Below are positions 25,701 through 38,494 of a stretch of 64,000 bases of DNA, one piece after another. Positions within the stretch are counted from its first letter, which is position 1; every line of letters begins with the position of its first letter. Made by a program: the position numbers and the translations under genes. Source of the stretch: Podarcis vaucheri (lineage: Eukaryota); NCBI GenBank assembly GCA_965113315.1, contig OZ220372.1. One strand, given 5' to 3'. The notes under the pieces are model-generated. The model did not search any database. It was given only the letters and a program-made list of their open reading frames with translations, and was not told where the DNA came from.

Positions 25701-28549
25701 CAGGTACACTTCACTGATTTCTCCCACATTCTTCTTTCCCTATTTTCTGTTTTAAAATTAGCAAAAGTTAAAACAGCTCCATTACTGGGGCACAATAAAG
25801 ATTCTGCTTCTCTGAAGCACTGTCAATCTAAAAGTGGTTTCACGAAGCACCATCCTGTACTCCCAGCAATTCTTATTAACTGTGGTTCACGGATTTAGTC
25901 AAATCAAAATGCATTTTTTTACTCTTTTTTAACTGTTTATTTTAAAAAGGTGCTTGGAGGAAGATTTTATGTTCACTGTGAAACAACTAGATGGTTATAC
26001 TTTCATTCATACGCAATCCTCTCCCCCACTCATCTGCACACGCACTTCCACTTGAGACTAAGCTCTAAAAGTATAAATCTTTTCACAACTTGGACTTTTA
26101 AGAATACAATGAATTTGTGTTGCTGCTACTGAGAATTCTTTTGTAATCAATTTGTACTTTAAAATTTTTTTGATCCCCAGTTCTGACAATTGGAGTTTGT
26201 ATTAGTTAGATTTTGTTTTTCAAATTTTTTGCTTTTTGTAAAGAAAAAAACTTTTAAACTTTTTGAAGATTCAGGAACTTGTAAAAGTTTACGAAAGAAA
26301 CAACCATCTATCTAGGATAAGGTAAAGGTTAAATAAACCATCTTCGAAAACTGGCTTCCTACCCTAGAATTCCTGAGAATGCTTGCAAATTTAAAGCAGG
26401 AAAATAAATGTTAAAACACAAAAACACTGTTAAATGCTCCCAGAGTTAGTCTTCATCTTATATATATATATATTTATATATGCACACGCACTTTTTGGTC
26501 TTTTTTTAAAAAGTTTTTAATTTTTTCCCTTTAAGCTTGTGATGGAAGAACATTTTAGCTTTTCATTTTTTAAATATGTCATATCCCTCATTATGTCTTG
26601 TAAACAAGAGGGGCTCTAGCACCCGGCTTTCACCGTAGTATCGTAATGAACTCAACAAATCCAAAGTGCAGGCAAAGGGACCGTAGGGCAGGTTGGGAGA
26701 GAGTGATAACACAGTAGTGAACCTGCTTGTGTGTCAAGTCACATATTGGAGCACATAGCTGTTTTCTAGGCCATGAGGTGCAGTATTCCGATGTCCTCCC
26801 AGCTCAGAGCTTTTTTTTATTATAGTTTGTCCTGCATGCTTTCAACACTGAGGCCCCAAAGACAAATACAGCTGTTTTAGGAGCAGGCATGTGTAGGGGC
26901 TGCAAGGGAAACTTAACTGGCAGGAATGGGGGGAACATTTTGCTTCAACTTACAAGATACAATGACAAAGGGATAAATAGGGAAACACTTAAAAGATCCA
27001 CATATGCTGCAGATTCTGAAGGTTAAATACGCAACACCTGTCTATGTTTACCACTCAACTTCACAGCAAAATAACAGGCAGATGTAAATGCAGTAATCCC
27101 CTTATTTAGTCTTCCTGTGAAACCGAGTTCATGTACAGAATTCACAACTCCTCCCTTTCTACATAAATGTGAGGAATTTTTTTGCTTTAATTTTGCTATC
27201 AATACTTATATAGCAGACACCACTGATTTATTTATTTTTTAAATGAAACTGCTGAAGGAGAAAGAATCTTCTGTTGTGATCCTGTACATTATGATCTGCT
27301 ACTTCCAAGTACCGGAGTTATGTAGGTATTTGCTGGTACAGAATATTGCAGCACTTTTGTTATTCAGTATAATGCAGAGCTAGCAAAAATCCAGAGCTAA
27401 GTTCTAGCACTTCAAAGAATAATGCCTCCTTCTCCCTGTTCTTATCCTGTCTGCCCATCTTCAAAATTGCTTTGTGAAAAGGCAATGTTTGCTACGGCTT
27501 TCTTCACAACAAGCAATTCTGTCCCAGTGCACACACTGGCTATCTTCTGAATTAAGTATAGGTCTCCCCTATCCTGCCCAGAGTACTACTACACTGTTGT
27601 TTAAAAAAATAAAACAACAACAACATTAACAACAACATCAACAACATACAACCTTTCTTTAAATACCGACAATAAAGAGCAACAGTACAGGGAAAAGTAA
27701 AAATAATAAAGGTGCAATACTTTATAAACAAAAGAAGTCTTTGCTAGTTATATGCCTGCCTAAGCAAAGCCTAAGCAAGACATACACAGGAAATACACAG
27801 AGAAAAAATGCTCAAAGTACACACTGGTTTAAGAACATTCGTAAGTAAACGTTTCTGTCAGTGATGGTCTGGTGCTGTAATACACCTAGGCCTGGCACAG
27901 GTAACGCTCACTGTGGAGAAAGGAGAACAAAAGTTGCTGCATGTGCTTTCACAATACAAGATAGGCCAGCAAACTACTGACATTTTAGTTTTGTCACAAA
28001 CAGCAGACCACTTAAGAAAATACAGTTAGGCCTGAATTTTGGTGGATTTTCCATGAAAGGATAAGAACCTTAGTATGCAGACTTGAGGAATAGCTACAGG
28101 ATTTGGTTCTTACGGACTGCAGAAGCTTCAACTATTACATAGGTCTTTGTCACAAAGAAATGTGATGCCCATTACCCCCTGGTGTCCCCCAAAAGGTGAA
28201 AGGCCTTGTCATAAAAAGTAAGCTTGGGTTCACTCAAAAAGTCTCATTAGAGACACAAATACACTTCTAGGCAAAACAGATCACCCCCCTCCCCACCCTC
28301 AAAACCCTGAACTCCCACACTGGCACCCCTCTCACCAAATCCTTAGGATATGGCAGTGTTTTGCTCTATGACAGGGTCAGAACAAGATCTGTACTGCGCA
28401 GAATACCCTGCTAAAATAAAAATACCACCGACAGATTTTAACACAGGTCAATTTGATTTTGCACCAGTCACAGGCACCATCATTATTCAGTTTAAGAGTC
28501 TAGCCAGGTAGGTTGCTGACCAACAGCAATGCAGCTTTCCAAGACAAAA

Positions 28550-28612
28550 ACGCACACACACGCACACAATCATGCTCACATACACGCTCTCACAGAAACA
28601 CACACACACACA
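28550..28612. repeat. Imperfect (CA)n tract
   Basis: cgcacacacacgcacaca...acacacacacacacac. Confidence 0.8.
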
Positions 28613-28909
28613 CGGGGCAGTTACATGTGCCAGAACATACTGGTATATATCAACCAGCCAATCACAAAGTGTTTTTTTTCCTTTTTTTGTTTTTTAAAGT
28701 GAGGCTCCGTCAAGTCTTCCCCTCCCACCCCACCCCCAATTCTTTTGAACCCTGCCCCTTCCCGACATAGTAGACCTAAGGACGGAAACACACCCAGTGC
28801 AAACAAAGTTAAAAAGCTATTTTTCAGTATATATGTTTCGTAGCAACAACTTCCGTATAACATGAAAAAGTGAAAAACTAGAAACTAATTTTTTTAAATT
28901 TTTGTGTTT

Positions 28910-29073
28910 NNNNNNNNNNNNNNNNNNNNNNNNNNNNNNNNNNNNNNNNNNNNNNNNNNNNNNNNNNNNNNNNNNNNNNNNNNNNNNNNNNNNNNNNNNN
29001 NNNNNNNNNNNNNNNNNNNNNNNNNNNNNNNNNNNNNNNNNNNNNNNNNNNNNNNNNNNNNNNNNNNNNNNNN
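28910..29073. other. Assembly gap (164 N)
   Basis: N run. Confidence 1.
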
Positions 29074-29210
29074 CCCACCTTTTTTTCTCTCTCCATTTTC
29101 TTTTTTCCTTTTAAAATGTATTTATTGCAAGTTGAAAAAAAAGAAAAGGTCAAGTTAGTGCTGCTGCTGTTCCAAAAAAGGTCACGAGGTCAGAGTTGAA
29201 AGTTTTAAGT

Positions 29211-29598
29211 TCAGATTGAATCCGACCCTCCGCCTAGAAGGTCTCCAGGTAGTAAGGGAGCAGGGCTTCCCATCCTGTGGGGATCTTCTACACTCTGAAC
29301 CCCCCACAAGCTTGAAGAGTAATTTGGGGAGGCCCATAATGAAGCACCAGCAAGGTCACCCCCACTGCTGCTGCCACCGCCGCTGCTCCACTGCCCAAGC
29401 CCTGTTGACCCACCAAAAAGATTCAAAGCAGGTCCCACTGGATCTGTCTGATTCTGTCCTGTCTCTAGAGACTGCCAGCCTGCTGCAGGTGTGCTGGGTG
29501 TTGCTGCAGGTGTAGAAGGCTGAGCTTGTGCCAGAAAGCGACTAACCTCCTCGTCTGTGGCAAACTCAGCCAAGATGGTAGTGTTTCCCAAAACACAC
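29211..29598 (-). CDS. TNRC6B: TNRC6B last coding exon (end of RRM and C-terminus ...[14 protein letters not shown])
   Basis: tag acceptor, TGA at 29211-29213; C-terminus recognised as TNRC6B. Confidence 0.98.
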
Positions 29599-31981
29599 CT
29601 AAAAAAATAGGGTAGAATGAACAGAAACAAAAGTTAACAGGAAAATATATCCCAGAAACATGAGCCAAATCCACAGTTTAACATTGCAAAGAATATATAG
29701 TTCAACAAAGAAAATTAGTATGAGCGGCAGAACAATATTTATATAGTGCCCTCATCCTTACTACATTTGTTTTCCAGAATTAATATTGTTTTCTTTTACT
29801 TTAAAAGAAAAAAAATGGTTTAAGCATGTATGCATATTTTTGCAAAAGTTTTTCCAAATTTGGAAGCTGATATACAAACGAGATTTCTGAGAATAGTGGT
29901 AAGAGTCGCAAATATTCATACTGGGGCCCTAACATTTGTCCAAATATTAGCGTACTTTTGCAAGGCAAGTAAGACCCAGTTTGTAGCCCATTGCAAGCAG
30001 AGTCATGGTCACCTCACAAATGTGCAAGTCCACTGCTTTCCCCACGAGCCCACAAACTTATGGCAGCAACAAAATTTGCATGTTCTTCGTGTACAAAAAA
30101 AACTGCAAATGTAAATGCTGTCATGAAACATGCACCAAAAATATTTCTTCTTTCAGGATGAATACAAGCATGGATATACCATCCACAATTTTTGGTTAAG
30201 AAAGCCACTTACAGGCAAGAAACATAAATTTCATGCTTCTCACATAATCCTTCAAAACTCCCTGAGGGGAGAGGCAGCGCAAGCATCCTGTTGAGCTGTT
30301 ACCATCCAGCTGCCAGTGGTGGCCCCTACCCCAGCAGACAGCCCTCTTCCCCAGAGTGAGGGGAGAAGAAACAAATTAAGCTGAAGCTCATGAGCACAGG
30401 GCAAAAGAGTACAGAAGACAAGGAAAAGCTAGTAAAGAACATGTCTGCCCAGAATAGATGAAGTGCAAACGTGAAACTTCAGAGGTGTATAGCCAGATCT
30501 CATCCTCCTGGGGTAACTGAACTAAACTACAACCATGCCTCTTCCAAATGCTTCCCTTTTTATTTACATATGGGAAACTAAGATTTGATTTTATCAAACC
30601 AGGATCAAATGGTGCTTTGATATACTAGTTTATTAGTTAATTAACTACGGTTAAATAAACCAATTTCCTGTATTCAGATGAAAAAGGAAGCTGCAGTTTT
30701 TGCAAAAAGTGACAGAGCTTTAAATTTCTCTTGCCCCTTCCCATTCAAAGTAGAGAGAAGGAAGAGCAGAGGGAGCATATAAATCTGAGGCTTGCTGTAG
30801 TTCAAGTAAGTAACAACAAACTATGCTTTGCCATGCCTCAATCAGGTCATAATCAAAGCTTTGACTTATCTAATCTCTTCTCTATTCTCACTCAAATAGT
30901 TAACCAAACTGAAATGTAATTGGATACAGTAATGAGAATAATAATTGAACATCCTTTTGAGATCCATATTAAAATATTTTAAGTTAACAGAAATATTTCA
31001 AAAGCTTTTAAAGAGAATACTAATTTAGCTTTTAAAAAGAGGCACACCATTACCTGAAATATTTTTGTTTGCTTTTTTAGTTTCCCAATCTAGTGGAAGG
31101 CCACAAAATGGACTTTGCCTGGAGGTGAGAACAGTTCAGCCAGATAACAGAATATGCCTCTACCTTCTAGATACTGCGTAAGAGCCCTGTTGGATCAGTG
31201 AACGGACCGTCTAGTCTAGCATACTTGGTGTCCGTGCTTCTCCCCTGGGCTCCCCTGTCCAGGGAAAGGTGAAGACTAAAGGAGAAACTCCAGTGCCAGC
31301 CAGAAATGGTACACACAAGCTCCTTTTGCTGCAGCACAAGTCAACTGGGAATCAGGGAACTGTTGCTGTTGCACTACTGTGCAAATCAGTTGTCCAGGTT
31401 CTATTTCACTGCGTAGAGCGTTTGAGCTCTTTGGGGCAGCAGAAGCCGCCTGGGTGCCTTCCTGTGGGCTCTGGGGGAGAGCCTCCTCGTGAAAAATACA
31501 GAGCTCTTCCTCAGAGCTGGCCGAGTCTGCCTCCTTGGCCAGGGAGGCAAAAGGAGAGGAGGGAAGGGCATTAAAAGAACGAAAATTACAAGGAAAAAGA
31601 AATTAAATAAGAAATGGAAAAATGTAAGTTAAAAGTAAATAAATGAGAATGGAAAAATGTGCTGGGTCAGGAGCCTTGCAGCACTAGAGACCTGTCTGAC
31701 CAACGTAAGAGGCAAGGCAGGTCTGGTGAAAGTGGGGATGGCGCCTCCCCCAGCCAAGGATCCTTAACTGACCCCGCCTGTCCAGCCATATGGGAGGAGC
31801 CATCCCAGTGTAAATGCTGCCCTTCCAGGAGCCCCTGGGGAAAAAACCTCTTTAATGCCATTTCAAATCTGGGCACTAGGCAAACAAAACACATTGCTGG
31901 GCTACCTCTTGCACACAAGACTTCCATCTACTGACAAAATGAGGTTGCAAATGGTCAGGAAAGGTTGTTGGTGTAACTCAC

Positions 31982-32121
31982 ATGTGCAGTGCAGTCTGGG
32001 CCTTGGCTGCCTCCTGCTTGGTGCTGTATCGGATAAGGGCGGTGCCTTGGGTCAGGTTGAGATGGAATGTCAGCAGTGGACCATGCTGCATGCAGATGGT
32101 CCTCAAAGTTGACCCATCAAT
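31982..32121 (-). CDS. TNRC6B: TNRC6B exon, RRM ([23 protein letters not shown]...AQTALHM)
   Basis: 140 bp, aag/gtgagt ends. Confidence 0.97.
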
Positions 32122-32287
32122 CTTGTGAAGAACAGATTGGAAGAACAAAGACAAACAGCAGGTTTATGGCGGGGAGGTAAGTATTTTCATTTGTAAATAT
32201 ACCTGAAATAGTATGGTTAATATACAAACCAAAAATATCAGGCAATTACTGTAAATGCCATAAGAGAAAGAAACTAAGCTCAAAATA

Positions 32288-32505
32288 CAGTGGTACCTCT
32301 AGTTACGGACTCGATCTGGTCCGGGGTGCCGTTCACACCCTGAAAAGTCTGTAACTAGAGTGCCGCTTCTGCACATGTACTAAGTGTGCAGAACGCTTCT
32401 GTGCATGCGCACGGGGCAAAACCTGGAAGTATATGCTTCTGGGTTTGCCGCATTCGCAAGCTGAAAAGGCGCAACATGAACCTAATGCAACACGAAGTAT
32501 GACTG
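32288..32505. mobile_element. Tc1/mariner-type MITE, family B
   Basis: TA|cagtggtacctc...gaagtatgactg|TA; internal sequence shared with 37598. Confidence 0.78.
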
Positions 32506-32932
32506 TACTGAGAGAGCATGGTGTCTCAGCAGACACAAACAAAAGCTGAAGGAACCTTACAGGCCTTTGTTTTTGGCAGCAGTGCTGGAAACATTCTGTG
32601 GTTTCGCTATGAAAACATAAGAGAGAAAACTAGCCATTCTGCCTAGCATCCTGAAGACTGGGAGTTTTGTGAAAAAACGACAACACTATGTTTTGCATTC
32701 ACAAAATTGCTTACTTACCTAACTAACTAACTAAAACAAGCACTGCAATTAATTCACAATCCAATAAAAAAAAAAGCTGAAAATGTGGTTTACAGTAGGT
32801 CTCTCATGTCCTAAACACACTGTCATACCAGTTAGCTTGTGTTGCTACATAAATACAATATTTATTTAAAACAATCAACAATTTAGAAAAGTCTTGTTTC
32901 AGTAATAAAAAGGAAGCAGAAGACAGAAATAC

Positions 32933-33003
32933 CTGCGGAGTGAGATTGTGAAGAACCAGCCAGTAGCTGGGACGAACAGATCCACCATCACTCCAGGTAG
33001 AGG
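32933..33003 (-). CDS. TNRC6B: TNRC6B exon ([24 protein letters not shown])
   Basis: 71 bp, cag/gtatt ends; start of the RRM. Confidence 0.96.
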
Positions 33004-33552
33004 CTGCAAATGATTAAACAGAAGGCAGGATACATTTGGATGAGACCTACTTCAAAATTGATCTTAAACAGAAAACCAGAATGAATTCTGTGCTTTATAG
33101 AAACCATTTCACTTGCCACATTTAACATGAAAGACAGGGTTGTTCAAGTGGTCACTGGTGCAGCTACACATATGGATTCTGCAGTTGCACAAAGTAACAT
33201 TCAGAACTTTCAAAAGATAAGAGCACACTCAAAGCAGTATGGCTTCTACCTTCCCAACAATTTCCTGTTGCGGCAGCTATATAAAGAAACATGAGACGGA
33301 GAGCAGGTCAAAATGACATTTGCAGTTACAGTATCAGGTGGAACTATAGCTGCTGAGGATCAAACCATGACAGGAATGCAGAACTGAGAAGACAAGATGA
33401 GATGTTTTGCCTGGGAGTTGACTCCTGGCTGGAACACATACAGAAATCAACACTAAAGAGGACACATTCTCAGATGGGTGGATGACAGTTCTCAAGGCCA
33501 TTGGCCCCAGAATCTAGGTTGAACTGCCGTGTCAGCAGCCACCCAAATAAGG

Positions 33553-33908
33553 CAGGAGTGGAGAACCTTTTTCAGTCAAAGGAGGACATTTCCTTTTCTG
33601 CAATCTTCCAAGGGCCACATGACAGTGGGGGTGAAGCCAGAGGGAAAAGTGGATGAAGCAACAAATGCAAATTTTTAGCTTTTGTACAGTGAGCTAGTTT
33701 CTACACACACTCACACAATTCTGTCTATCCTCCCTCCAGAAATTCAAGTGACATTAGCAGAGTTCAAGGACACATTGCAGCCTGGCAAAAACATTTGGGG
33801 TGTTAAGCACAACCAGTGAAGGTTACTGACTGGGGAAAGTTCCAAGGGAAAGACAGAAAGGCCTGGAGTGCAGAATTCAACCCCTGGGGCTGAGGTGCCT
33901 CAATCCTG
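33553..33908. mobile_element. hAT-type MITE
   Basis: caggagtggagaacct...aggtgcctcaatcctg with 8-bp TSD aaataagg/caataagg. Confidence 0.7.
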
Positions 33909-34522
33909 CAATAAGGTTTCAAGCTCAGCCAGAGGACAGGAGATTCATAAACTTCTACCAGAATCAAAAAGAGCACATGGGGTGATGTACTGGAAACTTT
34001 GCCACATTGATACAGAAGCCCGATGCTGTGAACGCAAAGTGTAAAAGCAACTTGGTCTGAGTGGATGCAATAAGTAGGCAGTCATCTATCTATAGGAAGA
34101 TCAAAATCCCTTACTGACAGAAGTGTGCAATGATGAGAGTTCTAAATAGCTCTAAAACTTTGCAATCCTATAGAGAAGCTGCAGTCACTCAGAGCAAAGT
34201 GGGGCAAACAGCAAAGTTTTGGCTGAAAGGCTAAGCATCTTCCAAATCTGTGGATGTGGACCAAGCTCTGACATGAAAGATGCTTGCTTTCACTTAAAAG
34301 AATTTGACAAGGGTTACCATCCTGCATGTCTTTGGACTTATGACACATCCTGAAGGTCCAGAAGTAGCCAAAGACCTCAGTCTTCTAGGGGATAGCGAAA
34401 TGCTTAAAAAAATGCTAAATGCACAAGGCATTGAGTACCAGTTTATCTCTTTTCAGAGGAAGATTTTGGTATTTTCCTCTAAAAGAAGGGACTGAAGTTT
34501 AGAAAAGAAAAACACATTTGGG

Positions 34523-34740
34523 TGTCATGGACTGGATGTTGAGTGGTGGGAGGAACCAGCTGGGGAGCCTCCAAGACTCAGAGCCCAGGGATTGGTGGTG
34601 GGATGATGATGAGTGGTCAGAGGGAGCAGACAGGAAGGAGGTGTCAGAAGCTGAAGAGGAAACAGGGCTTAGTGAGCAAGAAAGCGTCTGTGGCAGAGAG
34701 CAGTCCAGAATCAGAGGCAGAAGTGAAGGCTGGAGAGGTT
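34523..34740 (+). mobile_element. Purine-rich putative LTR-like repeat fragment
   Basis: Starts TGTCA and is G/A-rich; resembles an interspersed lizard repeat from memory. Right end and TSD not resolved. Confidence 0.4.
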
Positions 34741-35734
34741 AACAGCCATGGTCAATGTAAAGGGCAATTCAGTTCCCATAGAGGACAGTGTAGTAAGCAA
34801 GCTATGGAAGACCTCCATAGCACACGTGACCTATCGGTTCAAGGATACCGTCCCTGCCATCAACAACATGAGCAGAACTGAAGTGGAACAAAGTTGTGTA
34901 GCTTGTGCTGCTCTGGAGACTTTGACCTTGGCACTGAAGGCAAAGACAGCCTGCTCTAACAACATTCCCTGTGCCTGAAACAAGTGGTTTTGTGTGTCTG
35001 CCTAGTGAAACATAGACAGCTGGAACCATATGCATTACAGGTCCCTCACCAAGTTAAGGAGGTAGTCTGCTGCCACAAACTGAACACCTCTTAAAAAGTG
35101 CCAGTTGCACCGCACCACAAGCACCCGCTTGAGAGTGAGGCATGCACTGTTGCAGAATTAGCACAAAGGTTTTTTGTGGTTTTTTTTTTTTAAATCCACT
35201 GTAGAGAAAAAAAGGTGAAAAAGATGAAGTGAAGGAAAAGAAGGGCCTAGCTCATATGCTCTCTCAGGGGTAAGTGAAAGTTTCTCTTGCTGCAGTGATC
35301 AGAAAAAATGGGAGCCACACGGATCTTTTTTGAGTGTGCACACTGGGGGTTGGGGGGTTAGCTTTCCACCTAAACCCCTTCAAGAAAGTGCTAGATGCTA
35401 CTTTGTGAGGATGGAGTCTGTGGATCTGCACAGACAACATAAAGAACTGTATCTTCTTGAGACCCCACCCACAAACTATTCAATACATGTTCCTTGTCAA
35501 CTTTCAAGGACCCCTTCTGACAGGAAGGGTCTAGCTGTATCTCCCTCAGTTTCCTCAGCAGTTTCTGACAAACATCCCATAGCCCTTTTAAGAGAGAGAA
35601 ATAGAACATTCTCTTTTCTCTCACTGAGCAATTATAACATTCTCTCCCCTAAAGGTCTTATCATATCCAGACTAGTAATGCTGTGGAACTTGTTCATGGG
35701 CAAAGCAATAAGAATGCTAGGAAATTCTACTCAC

Positions 35735-35956
35735 CAGAGGCAAGCCTTGAATCCTGTGCCCCCCACCCCCTGAGTGAGCGGGGTGCTGTGCTGCTCCAGG
35801 GAGAGGATGGTTTTGGATTACTCAGACCAGGAGGTGGGCGGGGTAGCCCTGTAGTGTTTCTTGAGGAAATATTGTTTCTCCACTTGTTGGAGAGATGAGG
35901 GGGATTGGGTCCTATGGGATCTGGGGACCATGTTGATTTGTAATCACTGAACTTTG
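35735..35956 (-). CDS. TNRC6B: TNRC6B exon, M2 region ([14 protein letters not shown]...PRPPPGL...[11 protein letters not shown])
   Basis: 222 bp, tag/gtgagt ends; contains the PPPGL motif. Confidence 0.97.
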
Positions 35957-36268
35957 CTACAACAGAGGAAAGGAAAAGCCAATAAATTAGTGAAAGTTAA
36001 TACACATAACACAGATCATCATAATTTTAGTCTGTCGACGTATATTTTCATGTGATCCAGGCTACACGCTTTTGCGACAATATAGTACACGGATCTGAAA
36101 AAACTTCACCAGGGAGTTATTTAATACGTAAAAAAAAGTTACACTGAGGAAAAAACCCAGGCAACTATCTATTGTACAAAGCATTGCTATATATACTTAA
36201 ATAGCTCAATGTTTTCCATCTACAATATAAAATGTGAGCTAGGTGCATTGAGAATGGAAACCAGATAC

Positions 36269-36364
36269 CTGAAGTGCTATGAACATTTGTGAAGGAATTG
36301 TCAGAGGCACTGTAGGGCCAGGCACCAGGTGAAGGCAGCGAGGTGTTGAGGGAAGAATTAGACC
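36269..36364 (-). CDS. TNRC6B: TNRC6B exon ([32 protein letters not shown])
   Basis: 96 bp, tag/gtatc ends. Confidence 0.96.
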
Positions 36365-36942
36365 CTATGGCATAATAAGGAAAGGTAAAGAAAAATATTA
36401 TAGATTAATAAAGAATTTACGTGACAACTGACATTTCTAGCAATGACAATGAATGACAGAAACCTATTGCAGATCCATGTATTTTGTCTTAACATAAATT
36501 ATACCATAGTAACATCTGCATCTTCAAACTTTAGAGTAGAATACAGAGCAGAATACAGTTGTTTGTATTTGCCTACTGCCATTAATACACGACAGGGGCA
36601 TTTCCACGGGGAAATTGCTAAGTGCAAACAGGGTTTTAATTCATTCTCTTGGTTCACCAATGCTTACCCTCCAGATAGATATTTTCCCATTTTCCCCTCT
36701 AGCTAAGTCTAAAACTGCGACTAAGACTGGCTGGGGGGAAAAGGGGCCTGGCAGAAGAGGTTATAAGGAAAAATAATTGGCTGTGTAGAGATATTAACTA
36801 CCCTCAATTTTACTGATTCTCCCCTGCAAATGCATCCCTGCCCCAACTTATAATCAGCAAACATGTATTTGCTGATCCAACTTGTTATTCCAGTTATAAT
36901 AATTGCAAGGTAAACAGAAATTGTATTATGTAATAAATAAAC

Positions 36943-37089
36943 CTGTGGTGTTGTCCCGCAGAAGTTGGTGATCAGTATCTACAATGGGGGATGTGGCTGT
37001 ACCCCCCAGCACACTTCCTGGGGTCACATAGGGATCAGATTCAGGGTCAATGTTTGGAATACCTTTCCATGGCACTCCTGGCTGAAACT
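36943..37089 (-). CDS. TNRC6B: TNRC6B exon, PAM2 core ([27 protein letters not shown]...DNTT)
   Basis: 147 bp, cag/gttta ends. Confidence 0.98.
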
Positions 37090-37597
37090 CTGAAACATAA
37101 GAATAATCATACAGTATTTCAAATGAAATATTCAAGACTTAAAGTTGTTAAATTCTTCCAACAAATATGAGGTGTCCAAGAATGTGTGGTGCCAAGTTTC
37201 TAGTTCTGGGGTCTTGGGAGATCAGTTTGAGAGTGCAGATAATGTTATCAGAGGAATCTAATTACAAATGTAAAGGCATACATGTGTTTCCTAGTCCCTT
37301 ATTAGCTTCCTACCCTTTCAAAAATAGTAATTAAAATGTTATTCTACATTCTGATTGAAAAGCATACAAATTAATATTGCTACTATATGTGTGTATGTAG
37401 TCAATCAGGCACATTTTTATTGTCTGTAGCCAATAGCCATTACAATATAAATCACAAAAAATAAAGATGACAACTCAAGAGTAGGCTTAAAACACACCTA
37501 TTTTCAAAATTCAAGGTGGTGGTGGTGATAATAATAATAATAATAATGGGAGAGAGACAATGCTTGGTGAAGTCTCAGAAATAAATATACTGCTGTA

Positions 37598-37808
37598 CAG
37601 TCATACCTTGTTTTGCAGCCGGGATCCATTCCAGACCCCCAGCTGCTAGCCAAAAAATACGCAGACGCTGCGTCTGCGTATGGAGCGGTTTGCGCTTCTG
37701 CGCATGCGGCAAACCTGGAAGTAACCCATTCCGGTACTTCCAGGTTTGCCGCAGACGTTCGCCGGAATGGACACTAGACAAGGCGGACGTTCATAAGAGG
37801 TATTACTG
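37598..37808. mobile_element. Tc1/mariner-type MITE, family B, with internal palindrome
   Basis: TA|cagtcatacct...aggtattactg|TA; internal inverted repeat gcggcaaacctggaagta / tacttccaggtttgccgc. Confidence 0.8.
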
Positions 37809-38185
37809 TATAACATTCCCAGTGGTCAAGAGTAGGGCATTACTGTTCAGTGTAGCAACTTTATCCTAACCCTAAACCTTCCCAAGAAATAAATTACACA
37901 AAATAAAAAAGTGCTTAGTTCATGTCATTTATACAGACCAAAGAAGTTTGGTTTCTTTAAAATGGAGCTTACACCTCTGAAACAAGTTTTACACAACCTC
38001 ATACAGGCAAATGGTCCAAAATCTGAAATGCATTTTACAAATCTTACAATGCATGTTTGCACAGCACCAGTCTGCTGTGCTTGGAAAGCCACTGACAGCG
38101 GTGACACATTGATAGCAGTAACAAATATTATTTTATAAGCTGGGATGTAACATTTATGAACAGTTTTCAAGGACACTGAAATTAC

Positions 38186-38362
38186 CTGGAGGCCAACTGG
38201 CATTGCTGGATTTGCTTCCAATCTTACTTGTTGGTGGAGACTTGGCAGGTAACCAACTATCTCCAGCAGGACCTGTGTGGCTGCCCAGTGGGTCGCCAGG
38301 GATTATATCAAATTGGTTATAGGGCGATGCCCCTCGTACTTTTCCAGGGGGCACAATCGTCC
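38186..38362 (-). CDS. TNRC6B: TNRC6B exon ([11 protein letters not shown]...[10 protein letters not shown])
   Basis: 177 bp, cag/gtaat ends. Confidence 0.97.
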
Positions 38363-38494
38363 CTGGAAAGAAGAGGAAAAATATTATTTTGACAAGAGGA
38401 CATCATGGTAGCAGCTGAAACAGGGCTCAAACCTTAATATAAAAGCAGAATGGCAATTCATACCAGTTTCACTGTAACAATAAAGCCACTAGAG

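Larger units (their letters stand above)
17190..29210 (-). other. TNRC6B: Inferred long (~12 kb) 3' UTR of TNRC6B
   Basis: Follows the stop codon, AT-rich, almost free of young TEs. Distal AATAAA (minus strand) at 17706-17711 and 17188-17193, with a U-rich tract at 17285-17305. The exact end is uncertain because of the N gap. Confidence 0.65.
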
